A stretch of DNA of 64,000 nt. Origin: Trypanosoma brucei (Eukaryota). The DNA lies in contig CP000067.1 in the NCBI GenBank assembly GCA_000002445.1, positions 1,120,001 through 1,184,000 on the forward strand, in the 5' to 3' direction. The position numbers and the translations under genes were made by a program. Positions within the stretch are counted from its first letter, which is position 1; every line of letters begins with the position of its first letter. Below, piece by piece: positions 20,138-31,494 of the stretch. The notes beneath the pieces are model-generated. The model was given only the letters and a program-made list of their open reading frames with translations, searched no databases and had not been told where the DNA came from.

Positions 20138-22009
20138 TTAGTACCTCCTACACGGCCTTTTTCGCACACTTGAAGTGACTCCTTCTTGGGGTGCAGCTGG
20201 TTTAAGCGCGCCGCTTCCATCCCATTGGACCGAACCAAAAGAATTAGATGTCGTGGTGGCTGAGCCGAAGGCGGTGGTGGGAGCCAAGGCACCAACGGGG
20301 AATGAAGCGTTGTTGCCGAACGCGGTCGGTTCCGATAGGGTGGCAAACGGACTTGCATTAGGCAAGGGGTCCCTCGTTACCTCTGGCCCAGTCGAAACTG
20401 AGGTTTGCGCCGCTGAAGAAGAAGGGAATGAGAAGCATCCCCCGGGTCCCGGGGCACTCGCCACTGCTGCGTTATTCCCATTTGTCGTATTTTCCACTGG
20501 CTTGGGTGCGTTTCCAAAGCTAAAACTCGACGTGGAAGATTCAGTGGCGCCTGCACCACCAAATGAAAACCCGCCGCTTGGTGCCTGCGCTTGTGTTGCT
20601 GTTGCCCCTTCGGTGGACACGGCTGCACCAAAGGGAGTGGATGCATTTGGGCCGAAAGGTTTCGCTGTGCTTATGGAACCGAACGAAAACCTGTTTGCTG
20701 ATGCTGGTGTTGTTTCTGATCCACCAGTGGGTGTGGCAGAGGCGGGAGCTGCAGGGATGCTGAAGGGTTTGGGTGGCTCGCTCGTGGCAGCTGTAGCACT
20801 GTTCAACCCGCCGAACGAATATGTATCAGCTGACTTCGGTGTTGTTGCTGTTCCTTCAGTTGGTCCCCCAGCAGGCTTCACGGTGCCAAACGGCGACGAT
20901 GTTTTGTCTTCATGGGTTGCAGTCACAGCCACGGAACCAAACGAAAATGTGCCACTTGATTTTGGAGGCGCTGCTGATCCCTCAGTGGATATCAATGTGC
21001 CAAATGTGGCAGATGACTTGTTGGTGGATACCGCGTTTATACCTGTGCTACTGGACGAAACCGTTCCCGTCGACACTGGAGCTACTGGCGGTTCCGCAGC
21101 TGGTGAGGTAAACGGAGCGACCCCAGAGGAGGTCGGTTGTCTGTTGGCAGAGCCCGCGCTTAGATTTGCGGGAGCCTGTGGAATACGGGGCTGGTGTTTG
21201 ATGTCATCCAGCAGCTTTTCGAGCACAGCAACGGCAGTGGAGTTCTGTGTGGTCTCTTTGCGCAGGGTAAGTAGTTCACTTTGGAGGCACTCGACCACCC
21301 TTCGCATTCCATTGAGGGAGCTCACTGACTGCTCTACAGATGTATTTCGGCCCTCCAAAAGTTGTACATGTTTGGATAACTGGGCCACCTCCACACGCAG
21401 GTCAGTGATCGCCTGATCGGCATGCTGCTTTGACCGCTCAATCTCTTCCCGGCTGCGCCTTAGCTCATCACGTGCCTCCTCTATACTCCTGTTGAGTTTC
21501 TCATACTGCTCCTGCAAACGCACCAGGTCGGCCGACATGCTGGCGAAACTGGCACTTTCCCTATTTCCCGCGGTACTCGCCGCCGTGATCGGTTCTTTTC
21601 GGGGCAGTTTCGCATGCCTGTAGGCATCTAAAGACTCGCTATGTATTGCCCGTTCTCCAAAATCACTTATGGGCCGCACGGGACCTTGATGGGATTCATC
21701 ATATGGATTTACCACATCGCAATGGTGAGAACCCGGTGTCGCTCCAGCGAAACCCACAGTATTTTCTCCTATAGAGTTGTTGTGACACCGACTGTACCAT
21801 GAGCTTTCGCGCCCACGTTTTCCGCCCACCGTCAGAGCTGCAGCTTGAGGTCCGGGTGCTCTCGCTTGTGCGACCGACGTAGAAAGCTGAGTTGGCGTGT
21901 CGCTCAGCGTAATATCCTCAACAGATACATTTGGTGTAAAAATACGCGGGACAGCAATGGAATGCTCTGGTGTTATAAAATAATTCGACACGATGGTCTT
22001 CCGGTGCAT
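20138..22009 (-). CDS. FG-repeat nucleoporin-like protein with a central coiled coil
   Basis: 623-aa ORF. The central region (LVRLQEQYEKLNRSIEEARDELRRSREEIERSKQHADQAITDLRVEVAQLSKHVQL...) is heptad-rich. The C-terminal ~330 aa carry many degenerate FG repeats in a Ser/Thr/Ala/Pro-rich spacer, including TFSFGS, SSPFGT, YSFGG, RFSFGS, KPFGP, TPFGA, GFSFGG, SFSFGN, TAFGN, TAFGS, SNSFGS. The 413-aa plus-strand ORF at 20175..21416 is the antisense reading of this low-complexity region. Confidence 0.5.
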   Translation of the reverse strand: MHRKTIVSNYFITPEHSIAVPRIFTPNVSVEDITLSDTPTQLSTSVAQARAPGPQAAALTVGGKRGRESSWYSRCHNNSIGENTVGFAGATPGSHHCDVVNPYDESHQGPVRPISDFGERAIHSESLDAYRHAKLPRKEPITAASTAGNRESASFASMSADLVRLQEQYEKLNRSIEEARDELRRSREEIERSKQHADQAITDLRVEVAQLSKHVQLLEGRNTSVEQSVSSLNGMRRVVECLQSELLTLRKETTQNSTAVAVLEKLLDDIKHQPRIPQAPANLSAGSANRQPTSSGVAPFTSPAAEPPVAPVSTGTVSSSSTGINAVSTNKSSATFGTLISTEGSAAPPKSSGTFSFGSVAVTATHEDKTSSPFGTVKPAGGPTEGTATTPKSADTYSFGGLNSATAATSEPPKPFSIPAAPASATPTGGSETTPASANRFSFGSISTAKPFGPNASTPFGAAVSTEGATATQAQAPSGGFSFGGAGATESSTSSFSFGNAPKPVENTTNGNNAAVASAPGPGGCFSFPSSSAAQTSVSTGPEVTRDPLPNASPFATLSEPTAFGNNASFPVGALAPTTAFGSATTTSNSFGSVQWDGSGALKPAAPQEGVTSSVRKRPCRRY

Positions 22010-22457
22010 AAGTTGGTGTTAAAAAAGAAGTGGCAATATTGGGTAAAGATACCTCTCCCTACTGTCTTGAGAGCGCCAGAGCTACTGTAATATTTCGATA
22101 AAATTTTAAATGAGTAAGGTTTAAAGGGAAGGCGAAGATGGAATGAGAGGTATTGTTGTCCACAGCAACGTGCACCAGTATTGGGAACTTTGTATAAATG
22201 AGCGATCTTACCCAACATTTCACCGCAAATAAAAAAAATGGCGAGATAAGTTTCTCTTGACACATGATATCAAATTGAGGATGTGACGCACCGGACTTAC
22301 TCACCAATTCCCTTCTCCCAACTTCTTTTCTTCTGCCGCAGAGAACAGCGGAAGTTAAATGTTCGTGAACGACTAGGACTGCACACACCCCATCGGTAAT
22401 TGTGCAAAAGACAACAGCGTTTACACATTCCAGTTTTTTTTTTTTTGCAACGCACAT

Positions 22458-22808
22458 TTAGCGGCAACTGCAACCGCTGTTGTTGTTGCTGCTAGTAGGC
22501 ATTGTGTTCTCCTCAACCCACTTGAGGTATTCTTCACTTCCAGAGCTTATTGGTACGCTAACAACTTCTGGCGTGCTGTATGGGTGATTCTTTTTCACGC
22601 TGTCAATGACCTCCTGTAGGAGCTCAGTGCGTGTCTTTATCATCATAAGACACTCCTGCTCTTCACACAGTTGACCTTCCCAACGGTATACGGAGGTGAC
22701 GCTGGGGACAATATTGACGCATGCAGCTTTGTTGCTGCTAACTAGAATCCGCGAGATTTCGCGCGCGACCTCCGAGGTTGGTGTCGTCACGTAACACACA
22801 GAAAACAT
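22458..22808 (-). CDS. cutA: CutA1 divalent-cation tolerance protein homologue
   Basis: 116 aa. VCYVTTPTSEVAREISRILVSSNKAACVNIVPSVTSVYRWEGQLCEEQECLMMIKTRTELLQEVIDSVKKNHPYSTPEVVSVPISSGSEEYLKWV follows the CutA consensus (AACVNxxP...SxYxWxG...E...L.xKT......L......HPYE.PE....PI..G...YL.WV) almost position for position. Confidence 0.8.
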   Translation of the reverse strand: MFSVCYVTTPTSEVAREISRILVSSNKAACVNIVPSVTSVYRWEGQLCEEQECLMMIKTRTELLQEVIDSVKKNHPYSTPEVVSVPISSGSEEYLKWVEENTMPTSSNNNSGCSCR

Positions 22809-23479
22809 TTATTGTGCTGCCCGCGCCAGCCGAAAACTGGTATTCGTGCAAGTGTTTTTTTCGATACGCTACGCTTTTACCTCTTGTCCAATTTTTATGT
22901 ATTTTCAAACGCTCGCTCAAGGAAATGTTCGAAAAATGGAGGGGATCAATGATAACAAATAATATCAGCAGGAGAGTGACGCCAAGCAACGTGGTGAAAA
23001 CCAGAACGAGAAAGCTTCTATGCGTCGAACGACGAAGGGACAAGGACAGGGATGCCAGTTGAACGATGCATGACATGCTTGTAGGAGAGCATTCCCATGA
23101 CCACTGTCAAGCACAGCGGGAGAGCAGGCTCCCGAGTAGTCCACCACCGTTAGCGTGGACAATACGCAGCGCACTCAGCTATGTTTTTTATCCATGCTAC
23201 TCGGACACCCCATCAACAGAGAATTGATTTTCGGAAGCAAAGCACATGGACAAGCTCGAATGTGCCTTTATATCCCAAGCAGGGTAAATAAATTTGATTC
23301 AAACACGTCTTGTTCAATGTCTCGTGCGCACCCTGGAAACCTTCTCCCTTGCCTTACAATGCGTCACTTTCTCTACAGTGCTTTACTCTGTGATAGGGCG
23401 TGGGAGGGGGGGGAGGGGGATGCAAGGCGTCTTTGTTAAGAAAAGCGCCTCAAGTGGAACTCTCCATTTCATCAGCGCC

Positions 23480-24232
23480 TCATAGCTTTGCCTCTCTCCT
23501 CCAGCCCGAGACCGAAACGATGTGACCACCAGGGAACACGGCTGCGGAAAGCCTCCCGCCGTACACGCAGCCGCTATCCAATCCTATCGCTAGCGGTCTG
23601 TATTGTTCCTGCAAGCCCCGTCGCGAATCATGGCCAAACACCACCGTTTCAGGACCACGCCACAACGAGGCCCACGGAACACCGCCATCTTTCGTCTCCG
23701 GAGTGGCGACAAGGGTTACACCACCCGCCTTCTGTTCCTTCTCAATGAGATTACGTAGGGTGGTAACCTCATCGATGTATTGGCAGTCCAGTGGGCGCTG
23801 CGGATGGAGGCCGCCGTGCGTCACAATCACATTATGGGCGGGGATGCGGATGATGTGCGGAAGCTGCGACAAGTAGACCTCCACATCAACAGGTACGGTC
23901 AGTGCAAATGGGGCTAGAGACGACTTAGTGTCCCTCTCATTCAGAGGACCTTTCTCTCTTATCTTTTTGACAAGTTTCAGCAGCTTCACATCATGGTTGC
24001 CGAGCACACTGTGGGCCCCGAGGCGTTTGAGAAGGCGGACCACACCAAAGGAATCTGGTCCTTTGTTCACCAAATCCCCCACCGCAACTAACGTGTCACT
24101 TCCCTGCTTGAAGGAGACCGCGCGGAGGAGGCCCTGCAGCTGTGCCAGACAGCCGTGAATATCCCCCACAACCACAAGGCGACCCGTTAGATTATCTAGC
24201 GTTAGCACACTGGCGTAGCGTTGCGCCTTCAT
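23480..24232 (-). CDS. ApaH-like phosphatase / calcineurin-like metallophosphoesterase (diadenosine-tetraphosphatase-like)
   Basis: 250 aa. Canonical metallophosphoesterase signatures in order: GDIHG (VVVGDIHGCLAQL), GDLVNKGPDS (GDxVDRG-type) and GNHD (VLGNHDVKLL). The compact size fits the ApaH-like (ALPH) subgroup rather than PP1/PP2A catalytic subunits. Confidence 0.75.
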   Translation of the reverse strand: MKAQRYASVLTLDNLTGRLVVVGDIHGCLAQLQGLLRAVSFKQGSDTLVAVGDLVNKGPDSFGVVRLLKRLGAHSVLGNHDVKLLKLVKKIREKGPLNERDTKSSLAPFALTVPVDVEVYLSQLPHIIRIPAHNVIVTHGGLHPQRPLDCQYIDEVTTLRNLIEKEQKAGGVTLVATPETKDGGVPWASLWRGPETVVFGHDSRRGLQEQYRPLAIGLDSGCVYGGRLSAAVFPGGHIVSVSGWRREAKL

Positions 24233-24666
24233 AGCAATGCAACTAACGCTCCTTTATGGAGCTAGTAAGCGACCGTTTCTCCTCTTCTGTGGCCTAAAGT
24301 TGATCGTGAAGTATCGGGCGTTGTAACGACAGAAGTTTGCCCCAAAACAGCCGAAAATAGATGAAAATCAGATGATGTGCGAAGCATATTCACCAAGAAG
24401 AAATCGACACGAACGAGGGAAATTAATGGTCTTGTTAAGGCCTTTCCAACAGCTCTCAACTGCTCCCTTTTTTCAAACTATTTCAGCGGGTTAGGTAATC
24501 GCCAGGAAGTTATACGGAACGGAACCAGAACTGTCTAAGTATGGTGCTTTTGACGCCGGGAAGTTGGCAAAAAAAAAATCTTCCAACGGGGAACGGAACG
24601 CCATAAGAAAAGCCCCACTCCACACTGCCCTTTCGCGCTTCCGGGATTATATGAATTGCAGCTGCT

Positions 24667-25764
24667 TCAAAAACTGTGATACCACACAACAACTTCTCCT
24701 AGCAACGGGTCGATGCAGACATAACAGTAGTTCAAGTTATTTGGAGATGCTCCGTCGTCTCTGTCAAACAGGTGAAGTCCGGCAACTGCGTGCACGGAGA
24801 CGACAGTGGACACGACATCTGGTTGCAGTGATTGGTGGGGTGTGTCCTTCATTTCCACAACACGATCGGGTTCATCTGCCCCATTTGTCGCAGCAGCACC
24901 TGCTGCTGCTGCGGTAGGAACGGCGCGAATGGATACAAGAGCCTTGTAGAGCATCCGCGTGGCCTCCAAGTACACCGTCAACTCATCGTCCCACTGGTTT
25001 GTGGTACCGCCACCAGCAACTAGGCGCCAGAGAATATGGTAAAGAAACTCTGCTCGTTCATTCACATCCCCGAACACGGTGCGAAGTACCGCTAATGAGA
25101 GGCCGGCACAAGAGCCAAAAGTGAATGCTCCACTTCCCATGTAGTCATCGTCTTCGTCATACTCACAGCCTACAGAGGCGAATTTATTGTGGGCGAGCAG
25201 GAAGAGAGCGCGCAACTCGTCGCACACGACAATATCGTGCGGCAGATAAACGTCGGCGCGCTTGACGATGGGCATACGGACACCATCAAACAAGGGTGTT
25301 TCAAATTCGCTAACCATAACAGTTCCTTTGGCTTCATCGCCTTTGTCTTCGTCTTCGACGCAGCGCACAATTCCAGCATCTATGAGCCGCTTGAACGGTT
25401 CTAACGTAGTCCAGCGGCATTGTAACTCGCAGTACTCCACACCACCTCCACTCGACGAGGTTCCTTTGGGTTCACCACGCAACTGAAGTTTCTCTCGCAC
25501 TTCTGGCGCATCGAAGAGGGAGGCCAGAAACTCCTGCAACAAACCCTTATGAAACCCGAAAAAGCGAAAATGGCCGGAAACGACAGTTCCAACGGTACCA
25601 CTGTTGGTGCCTGTGGTGTCTCGTTCAAAGCGGAAGGCACTAATTTTTGTGCGGTGTTGAAGTCCCCACCTTCGATATGCTTCCTTAAAGAACGGATCGG
25701 CCATCAGAGTTTCCAAACGCCGCTTGGAAATGGGCTCAAAAGTAAATACTTCTCGTTGCACCAT
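24667..25764 (-). CDS. Conserved hypothetical protein (no recognisable motif)
   Basis: 365-aa ORF on the same strand as neighbours, with non-repetitive globular-looking composition. I cannot assign a family from sequence alone. Confidence 0.4.
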   Translation of the reverse strand: MVQREVFTFEPISKRRLETLMADPFFKEAYRRWGLQHRTKISAFRFERDTTGTNSGTVGTVVSGHFRFFGFHKGLLQEFLASLFDAPEVREKLQLRGEPKGTSSSGGGVEYCELQCRWTTLEPFKRLIDAGIVRCVEDEDKGDEAKGTVMVSEFETPLFDGVRMPIVKRADVYLPHDIVVCDELRALFLLAHNKFASVGCEYDEDDDYMGSGAFTFGSCAGLSLAVLRTVFGDVNERAEFLYHILWRLVAGGGTTNQWDDELTVYLEATRMLYKALVSIRAVPTAAAAGAAATNGADEPDRVVEMKDTPHQSLQPDVVSTVVSVHAVAGLHLFDRDDGASPNNLNYCYVCIDPLLGEVVVWYHSF

Positions 25765-26230
25765 TTCCGAGTGTCGGCCAATTTTGACACTGTTGCTACC
25801 GTCTACTGCCTTAACTTTCTATTTACCTTATGTACCGAGTAATTCAACACTAGAAAAAAAAACACGAAGGGATGGAGGAAAAAAAACTTACAGTTGTTTT
25901 CAGGGCAAAAAATACTGATTTTTTTCCACTGAACGCATAGGTCCTCGAACTCCATGTTTTCCGACGCTAAGGAAAATGTTTCAGCTTGTCGTGCGTTATA
26001 ATTTGCCTCTTCCCACATGTTATACTCGCTCACGCTCACTCAATCAGCTATTAACGGTTCAAGCCGACCCCTTCCCCGCCCTCATTTCAGGTGAAGATGA
26101 ACGGTAAGTGGTCTTGCAGACACGGCAGAGTGAAAAAGAGAAAAGCACCCCCCCCCTAACCCCTACTTCGCTCCCCCAAAACAATGCGCAACATTTATTT
26201 CGTCCCGCTACGTACCGAACAACAAATGAT

Positions 26231-26842
26231 TTATACAAACGACTTGCGCTCCAAGAAGCACTTCAAGAAGTACAACTGGAAGATAGTTACGAAGAGCAGC
26301 GATATCGCCTGAAAAATGCTCCACAGCATCATCCACTTCTCTGTGGCGTCAACAGTTTCCTTGTGCACATACTGAAGCGCCTGAAGACGTTCCTGCTTCA
26401 ACTGCATCCTACGCATGCTCTTAGCCGCGGTCACCACAAGCCGTTCCACAGGGTCCAGCAGCTTTGTTTCATCAGACACTGAGTTGTAGTCTACGTGAAA
26501 ACGGAAGTGGAACGATACTCGTTTTGAGGCCTCATGCGGTCCTGTGTTGTCAAAACAAGCGTGCAGAGCCGTCGCACCAACCTTCGCGAGTACTTCATGA
26601 TCACCGGAGGACGCTCTATCCCACTGCATGAGCTCCGTCCCATTTTGATCATGCAACGTTGCTTTTATTCCCTTGCCACCGGTCTCAACAACATAAAACT
26701 GAAAGGTGGCACGGGTGTGTGGAGGCACGAAATCCCACAAGCAAAGTTTCTCCCTCTGCCCAACCACCACTACCGCGGTTTCTACACCGCGGTGAACGCA
26801 AAGAAGAGTGAGAATGGCAAGAAGCTGCAGTAGTGCGTACAT
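26231..26842 (-). CDS. p24/emp24/GOLD-domain cargo receptor (TMED family)
   Basis: The ORF track gives 249 aa from 26980. The internal Met at 26842 begins a signal peptide MYALLQLLAILTLLCVHRG. This is followed by a GOLD-like beta region (CLWDFVPPHTRATFQFYVVETGG...), a coiled-coil (LLDPVERLVVTAAKSMRRMQLKQERLQALQY), a TM (WSIFQAISLLFVTIFQLYFL) and a short cytosolic tail ending KSFV. I take 26842 as the start. The upstream 46 codons are probably UTR. Confidence 0.65.
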   Translation of the reverse strand: MYALLQLLAILTLLCVHRGVETAVVVVGQREKLCLWDFVPPHTRATFQFYVVETGGKGIKATLHDQNGTELMQWDRASSGDHEVLAKVGATALHACFDNTGPHEASKRVSFHFRFHVDYNSVSDETKLLDPVERLVVTAAKSMRRMQLKQERLQALQYVHKETVDATEKWMMLWSIFQAISLLFVTIFQLYFLKCFLERKSFV

Positions 26843-28066
26843 CTCTTCTTTTGGGTGTGTAAGTACGTGGGTACACGAACAATGTATATCACGCTGACGA
26901 TAGTTGACGGTTGTATCGATATGTCTAGTCCCCTTTCTAGTTGCTGCAGTAGAGTTCTTGGACAATTCCTTATTCTTCAAGCGATTTTTTTTTACGCTTT
27001 ACTGCAGACCTCGTCCCAGCTTTTTTTCCCTACAACTTCCCTTCGGATGATTCGCTATTGTTCACCCTTTACTTTCGTACTCTTCTTGATGCTTGTTATC
27101 TCTCCCCCTCTTTGGCTGTCTCCGCTGTTCTATTCATTGCAGAAGGGATCCGCGCGCAGTTGGTAGGGGAAATATATGAGAAGTGATTGAGGAAAGTGTC
27201 TAAAACAGAATGCGCGCATACACGCATCTGCGCAATAGCATCAAACGTAGGAACCACAGCCATAAAATGGTTACAGTAATACTAATAGGGGTAATTTGAC
27301 GGAACCCTTGTAGATCCCGAGCATACAATGATGAACGGCGCGCCCGGTAGTAAGGAGGAAGAAAAAAAGAATGAGTGCACACACCATCGCAAGCACGCAG
27401 ATAAAAAAATGTTTTCTCCACTCTCCATCCCTTTTCATTCTTCCAATTCACCACACCACCACCAAGGGCACGTAAGCCAAATCAAAACGTTCATTTTTCT
27501 CACACGGACCCGCCTCTGGGGGAGCGAATGACGAATCAAAAGGGAAATGCCCAGGCCCCCTTCACGCTGAAATAAGGCAGCTTGCCCTAAAGCACAGCAA
27601 CCAAACAAATCATAGAAAAGAGGAGAGTGCAGAAAAGGAAATTGAAACGAACCAACAGCTCAGCGCAACTGTGGCCCCCACCCAGTTGGCCGTGCAAACA
27701 AAGGCCAAGGTGAAAGCGCGCTCAGACTACAGTTAGATGTTGGAGATGTGTGACTTAAGGGAAGAAAAGATGTGCTGTGCACACTCGTGCACAGATCCTG
27801 TGCCATGCCAGGCTTTCCCCACATTATTTCCTCTTCACGCCTCGGTACAGTCGTGTACGCCACACCTTGCGCCAACAATTCTGCACAGCAACGACGCGAC
27901 CTTCACGGTAGTAGATAAAACACCGTAGACGTAATGACCGGCGGTGACAGCGGACGCGGTGCAGCGGTCAGTGATGTGATGAATTGTAACAATAAGGAGA
28001 AGGCCGCGGCGGACGACACGCAATCAAGCGGGGTAAGGGGTAACTGAGACAATCATGTTGCAGTCT

Positions 28067-28999
28067 CTACTGGCAATGTGCATTAAGAAATTTTAATATG
28101 TCACCGAGTACTTCTCTCCAGCGTACTTCCGTCAACACTTCATGACCTAAACCAGGGTACTCAATCAACTGCTTGTCCGTAGTCGGTACACAACTGAACA
28201 GTCTCCTCGACCCACTTACTGGACAAAGGGCGTCCTTCGCGCCATGTACAATTAACAGCGGGTAGGTGGCTCTCTCAACATGTTCCCATACGGATTCCAT
28301 GGCGTCAAGCATCGTCTTGGCCCACCGAGTGGTAAGCTTCACCTTAAAATAAACAGGGTCTTGTTCCATTAGCTCCACCACCTGGCGGTTCGTGCTAGCT
28401 AACTTTGGGTCGATGCTGTCCACGCCAAACTTCGGCGCACAGCTTGATAGCACACCAACTAGCCACCGCTTGAAGGGGGTGGCAATTTTCGGATCGGGTT
28501 CCAATGCCGGTCCACTGAGTACAACCCCCGCAAAGCTCGTTGGGTCACGAAGAGAAACATGTGTGGCTATAAGGCCACCCATGGAGTGACCCAGCAGAAA
28601 GCGCGGCAGTTTTGCATACTCGGGGTAAAGGGAAAACACACGCCTCCTGAAAAGGAAGATGTCATCAACGAAGTCTTCAAAGTCCACAACGTACAATCGT
28701 TCACCCTCACTGGCGCCTGCGCCCTGATTGTCCATGCAAAAGACGTGATACCCTTCACGAGAGAAGTAACGGCCCACACCACCGTAACGAGCGGTGTGCT
28801 CACCGAGTCCACTCACGACAAAAAGTACACCGCGTACGTTTGGTACATCCCGCGGCGGTGCCCACTCAGTGAAGTGAAGCCAAAGTCCCTGTTTGTTTTG
28901 CAAATAATGAGGGAATAGTTCCGGGTCTGGTGGTTCGCGGTCTGGCGTGGCATACTTCAAGTCGTGATTCTCGTCGATGCAGCAGGAACAGCAACCCAT
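28067..28999 (-). CDS. Monoglyceride lipase / lysophospholipase-like alpha/beta-hydrolase, probably N-myristoylated and palmitoylated
   Basis: GHSMGG nucleophile elbow (LLGHSMGGLIATHV). Overall layout matches MGL-type hydrolases (HFTEWAPP...VLFVVSGLGEHTARY...). A candidate catalytic His is in PGLGHEVL. I prefer the start at the Met of MGCCSCCIDEN (28999), which gives a consensus Met-Gly N-myristoylation site followed by a Cys cluster. The ORF track begins 12 codons earlier, at 29035. Confidence 0.7.
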   Translation of the reverse strand: MGCCSCCIDENHDLKYATPDREPPDPELFPHYLQNKQGLWLHFTEWAPPRDVPNVRGVLFVVSGLGEHTARYGGVGRYFSREGYHVFCMDNQGAGASEGERLYVVDFEDFVDDIFLFRRRVFSLYPEYAKLPRFLLGHSMGGLIATHVSLRDPTSFAGVVLSGPALEPDPKIATPFKRWLVGVLSSCAPKFGVDSIDPKLASTNRQVVELMEQDPVYFKVKLTTRWAKTMLDAMESVWEHVERATYPLLIVHGAKDALCPVSGSRRLFSCVPTTDKQLIEYPGLGHEVLTEVRWREVLGDILKFLNAHCQ

Positions 29000-31302
29000 T
29001 GCGGTATCTGTAATATGGGAAAAGTGCACCTTCAATGGTGATTTTAAATGACTACTTCTTGCCCTTATAGTTACTACTTCAACAATCCAGGAGGAGTTTT
29101 TTTCCTTTTTTTTTTTTCAAGCGATGCCAAAGTGTTAGATGGGTTCCGCCTAAGTAAAGGTTTAACCGATAAATAGTCCAATGGGCGGGCTGATAGAACT
29201 CGTATCGTATACTCCCATAAGGTGCGACAGAACCCATAACAGCATTTACGGGAAATGGTGGAAAAAAATAAAAGGTGAATGAAAAGGTAAAAACCCGGAC
29301 GCACGCCCCGTCCTTCATTTGTAGCTATCCCTTCTGATTTTTGGAATCAGATCCCGTCTAGACAGGTGAAGTGTGTTGTCAAATGCTCACAACATAGGTA
29401 ACCATTAAACAGATACAGTGCACAATCAAAAACCATCGAATCAATTGGTGTATCGCAAGATATCGCTCTAACACGCACACACAAGACAACAACATCAACA
29501 ACAACATCAACAAAACGAATAGTCACCCACACGTTAAAAAACCCTCCTTTTTCTTTTTCTTTTACACCTGCTCTTTAATTGATATTGAAAGAAACGCAGT
29601 GAGGTGGGTCTGACAGAGGGACCACCGCATGCCACTTCGACGACCACAATGTCACGAACTGGAACTCTTTTTTACACCGTTTGAATTAATGCACAACCAA
29701 AGGCGGTCATGTTTCTCATTGCTTTGACTGCTTAATATCCACTCCGGGAGCCACCACGATGTCGTTTCTTCGGTGGTCCATATGAAGTCTCCGGTGACTT
29801 CTACTTCGTTGGTTGTAACGTGTGACGTAACACGACAACCCGACACAAAATTTTGTTTCTTTCACGTACTGTCAATATGTCCATTCACAAGAACTGATCC
29901 TTCTGGACGCACGACAAAGACGTGAAATGAAGATGAAACGACAAGACAATACTGATGATGTGTCCGTGGAGAAGGTCTCAGCGTATCGAACCCATAATTA
30001 TAATGCTGCTTCTGAAGTTGCTTTCGTTGTGTATCTGCTGTCACGCCACGTCACATCCGTGCCTTGTTGAAGTTGCGGTTATATATGCGGGCTCCATTGT
30101 ACAGCAATTTACATTTTCCCCCTTTCACTTACAGGTGTGTCTGCACAACTTACACTTTGAGTCGGCCGCCTCCGCGGCGGGCGATTCATAAGGTGGTACA
30201 AAACAAGACAAAACGACAACAGCAACAGCAACCATGCAGCGCTAGGATAACCATTTGATTCCTCAGGACGTTCCAGCGACACTTGCACATCTCCGCCGTG
30301 GCCTCTCCGCAAGCTTTACTACTAAAATTCAAGCATTTTCTCTCTAATATCACAAAGTTAAAGTGAGTACGGTTCTGCGGATTTGCGTCTTATTTTTACC
30401 CCCTTTCCTCCTTCACAATCAACGTCGCCTGTCACGCGCAAGCAAGCATGAAGGACCAACAATTACGTTCACCGACTAACTGCGTCTCAGCATCGCCTAA
30501 AAATGGAACGTTTCGCACACCCTCACAGTATTCAAAAAAGTTCCGACCAGTTTTGAAGGGGACTAGTTGCTTAGGCTCTAACCCGCATCAGAGCAACCTG
30601 TGTTTACCATGTGCAAATGATGCAACATATATATATATATATACGCAGGTGTGCTTCAGTGGGTAACAATAAAAAAATACTGCAACGAGGCCATGCTAAC
30701 TTGAGAGATACCGAACGCTATTTCTTTTTTCCGGAAAAAATCACGCAGTCCCCCTTCCTTCTTTTGCTCATTAGATATTTCACGACTGTTCCTCGCGCCC
30801 TGCCCTACTCTACTTACGCATTTTTTTTTTTCGTAAATGCGTTCCTCTCATTTTACCCTCGGAAGGCATCACATGTGTATATGGAAACAAAGACAAAAAC
30901 AAAAACAAAGAAAAAGATATGAAGGCCAGTCGGGCGCAGCATGAGCTCATGCAAAGATGCTGTTGCACGTTTTTCTTTTTCTATTCGTTTACTGCCTTTG
31001 AAATGACAAACGAGTTGAGTAAAGGAAACAACTAAAATCTCTCCGCCCCCCACCAAATACTCAGCATCAACACACAAATACACAAACATACATATGCGGA
31101 GACCTGTACGAGTAATCCCTCATACGTAGGTAAAAAAAAAAACAAGTAATAATCAAGGATCGCCACGATATAAAGACGGAACGAAGGGAAGAGAATGATG
31201 AAAGAGCTGCATTCAAACTCACGGAACGCATATTTCACCCCCACCTCAACTTTCCTCCGTATTGTGAGGCAGCTCCTCCCGTCAAGATAAAAGAAAAAAA
31301 AA

Positions 31303-31328
31303 GCAGCAGCAGCAGCAGCAGCAGCAGC
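31303..31328. repeat. (GCA)9 trinucleotide repeat in intergenic DNA
   Basis: Read directly: aagcagcagcagcagcagcagcagcagcggg. Confidence 0.9.
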
Positions 31329-31494
31329 GGGCGCGTGCCCACCACTTCTGTCACGATTCACCGCTCTCTAATATGTACAAGCTGCATCAAAGGCAGCGGT
31401 TTGCGCGCAAACTGACCAAACAAACGAACAAATAAAACAAATAATTTTGATAAATAAATAAATGTAAATATAAATATACATGTATATGTTTGTG

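Noticed and set aside
20175-21416. 413-aa plus-strand ORF
   Set aside because: Antisense reading of the Ser/Thr/Ala/Gly-rich FG-repeat region of the minus-strand nucleoporin-like gene. Low-complexity sequence stays open in several frames.
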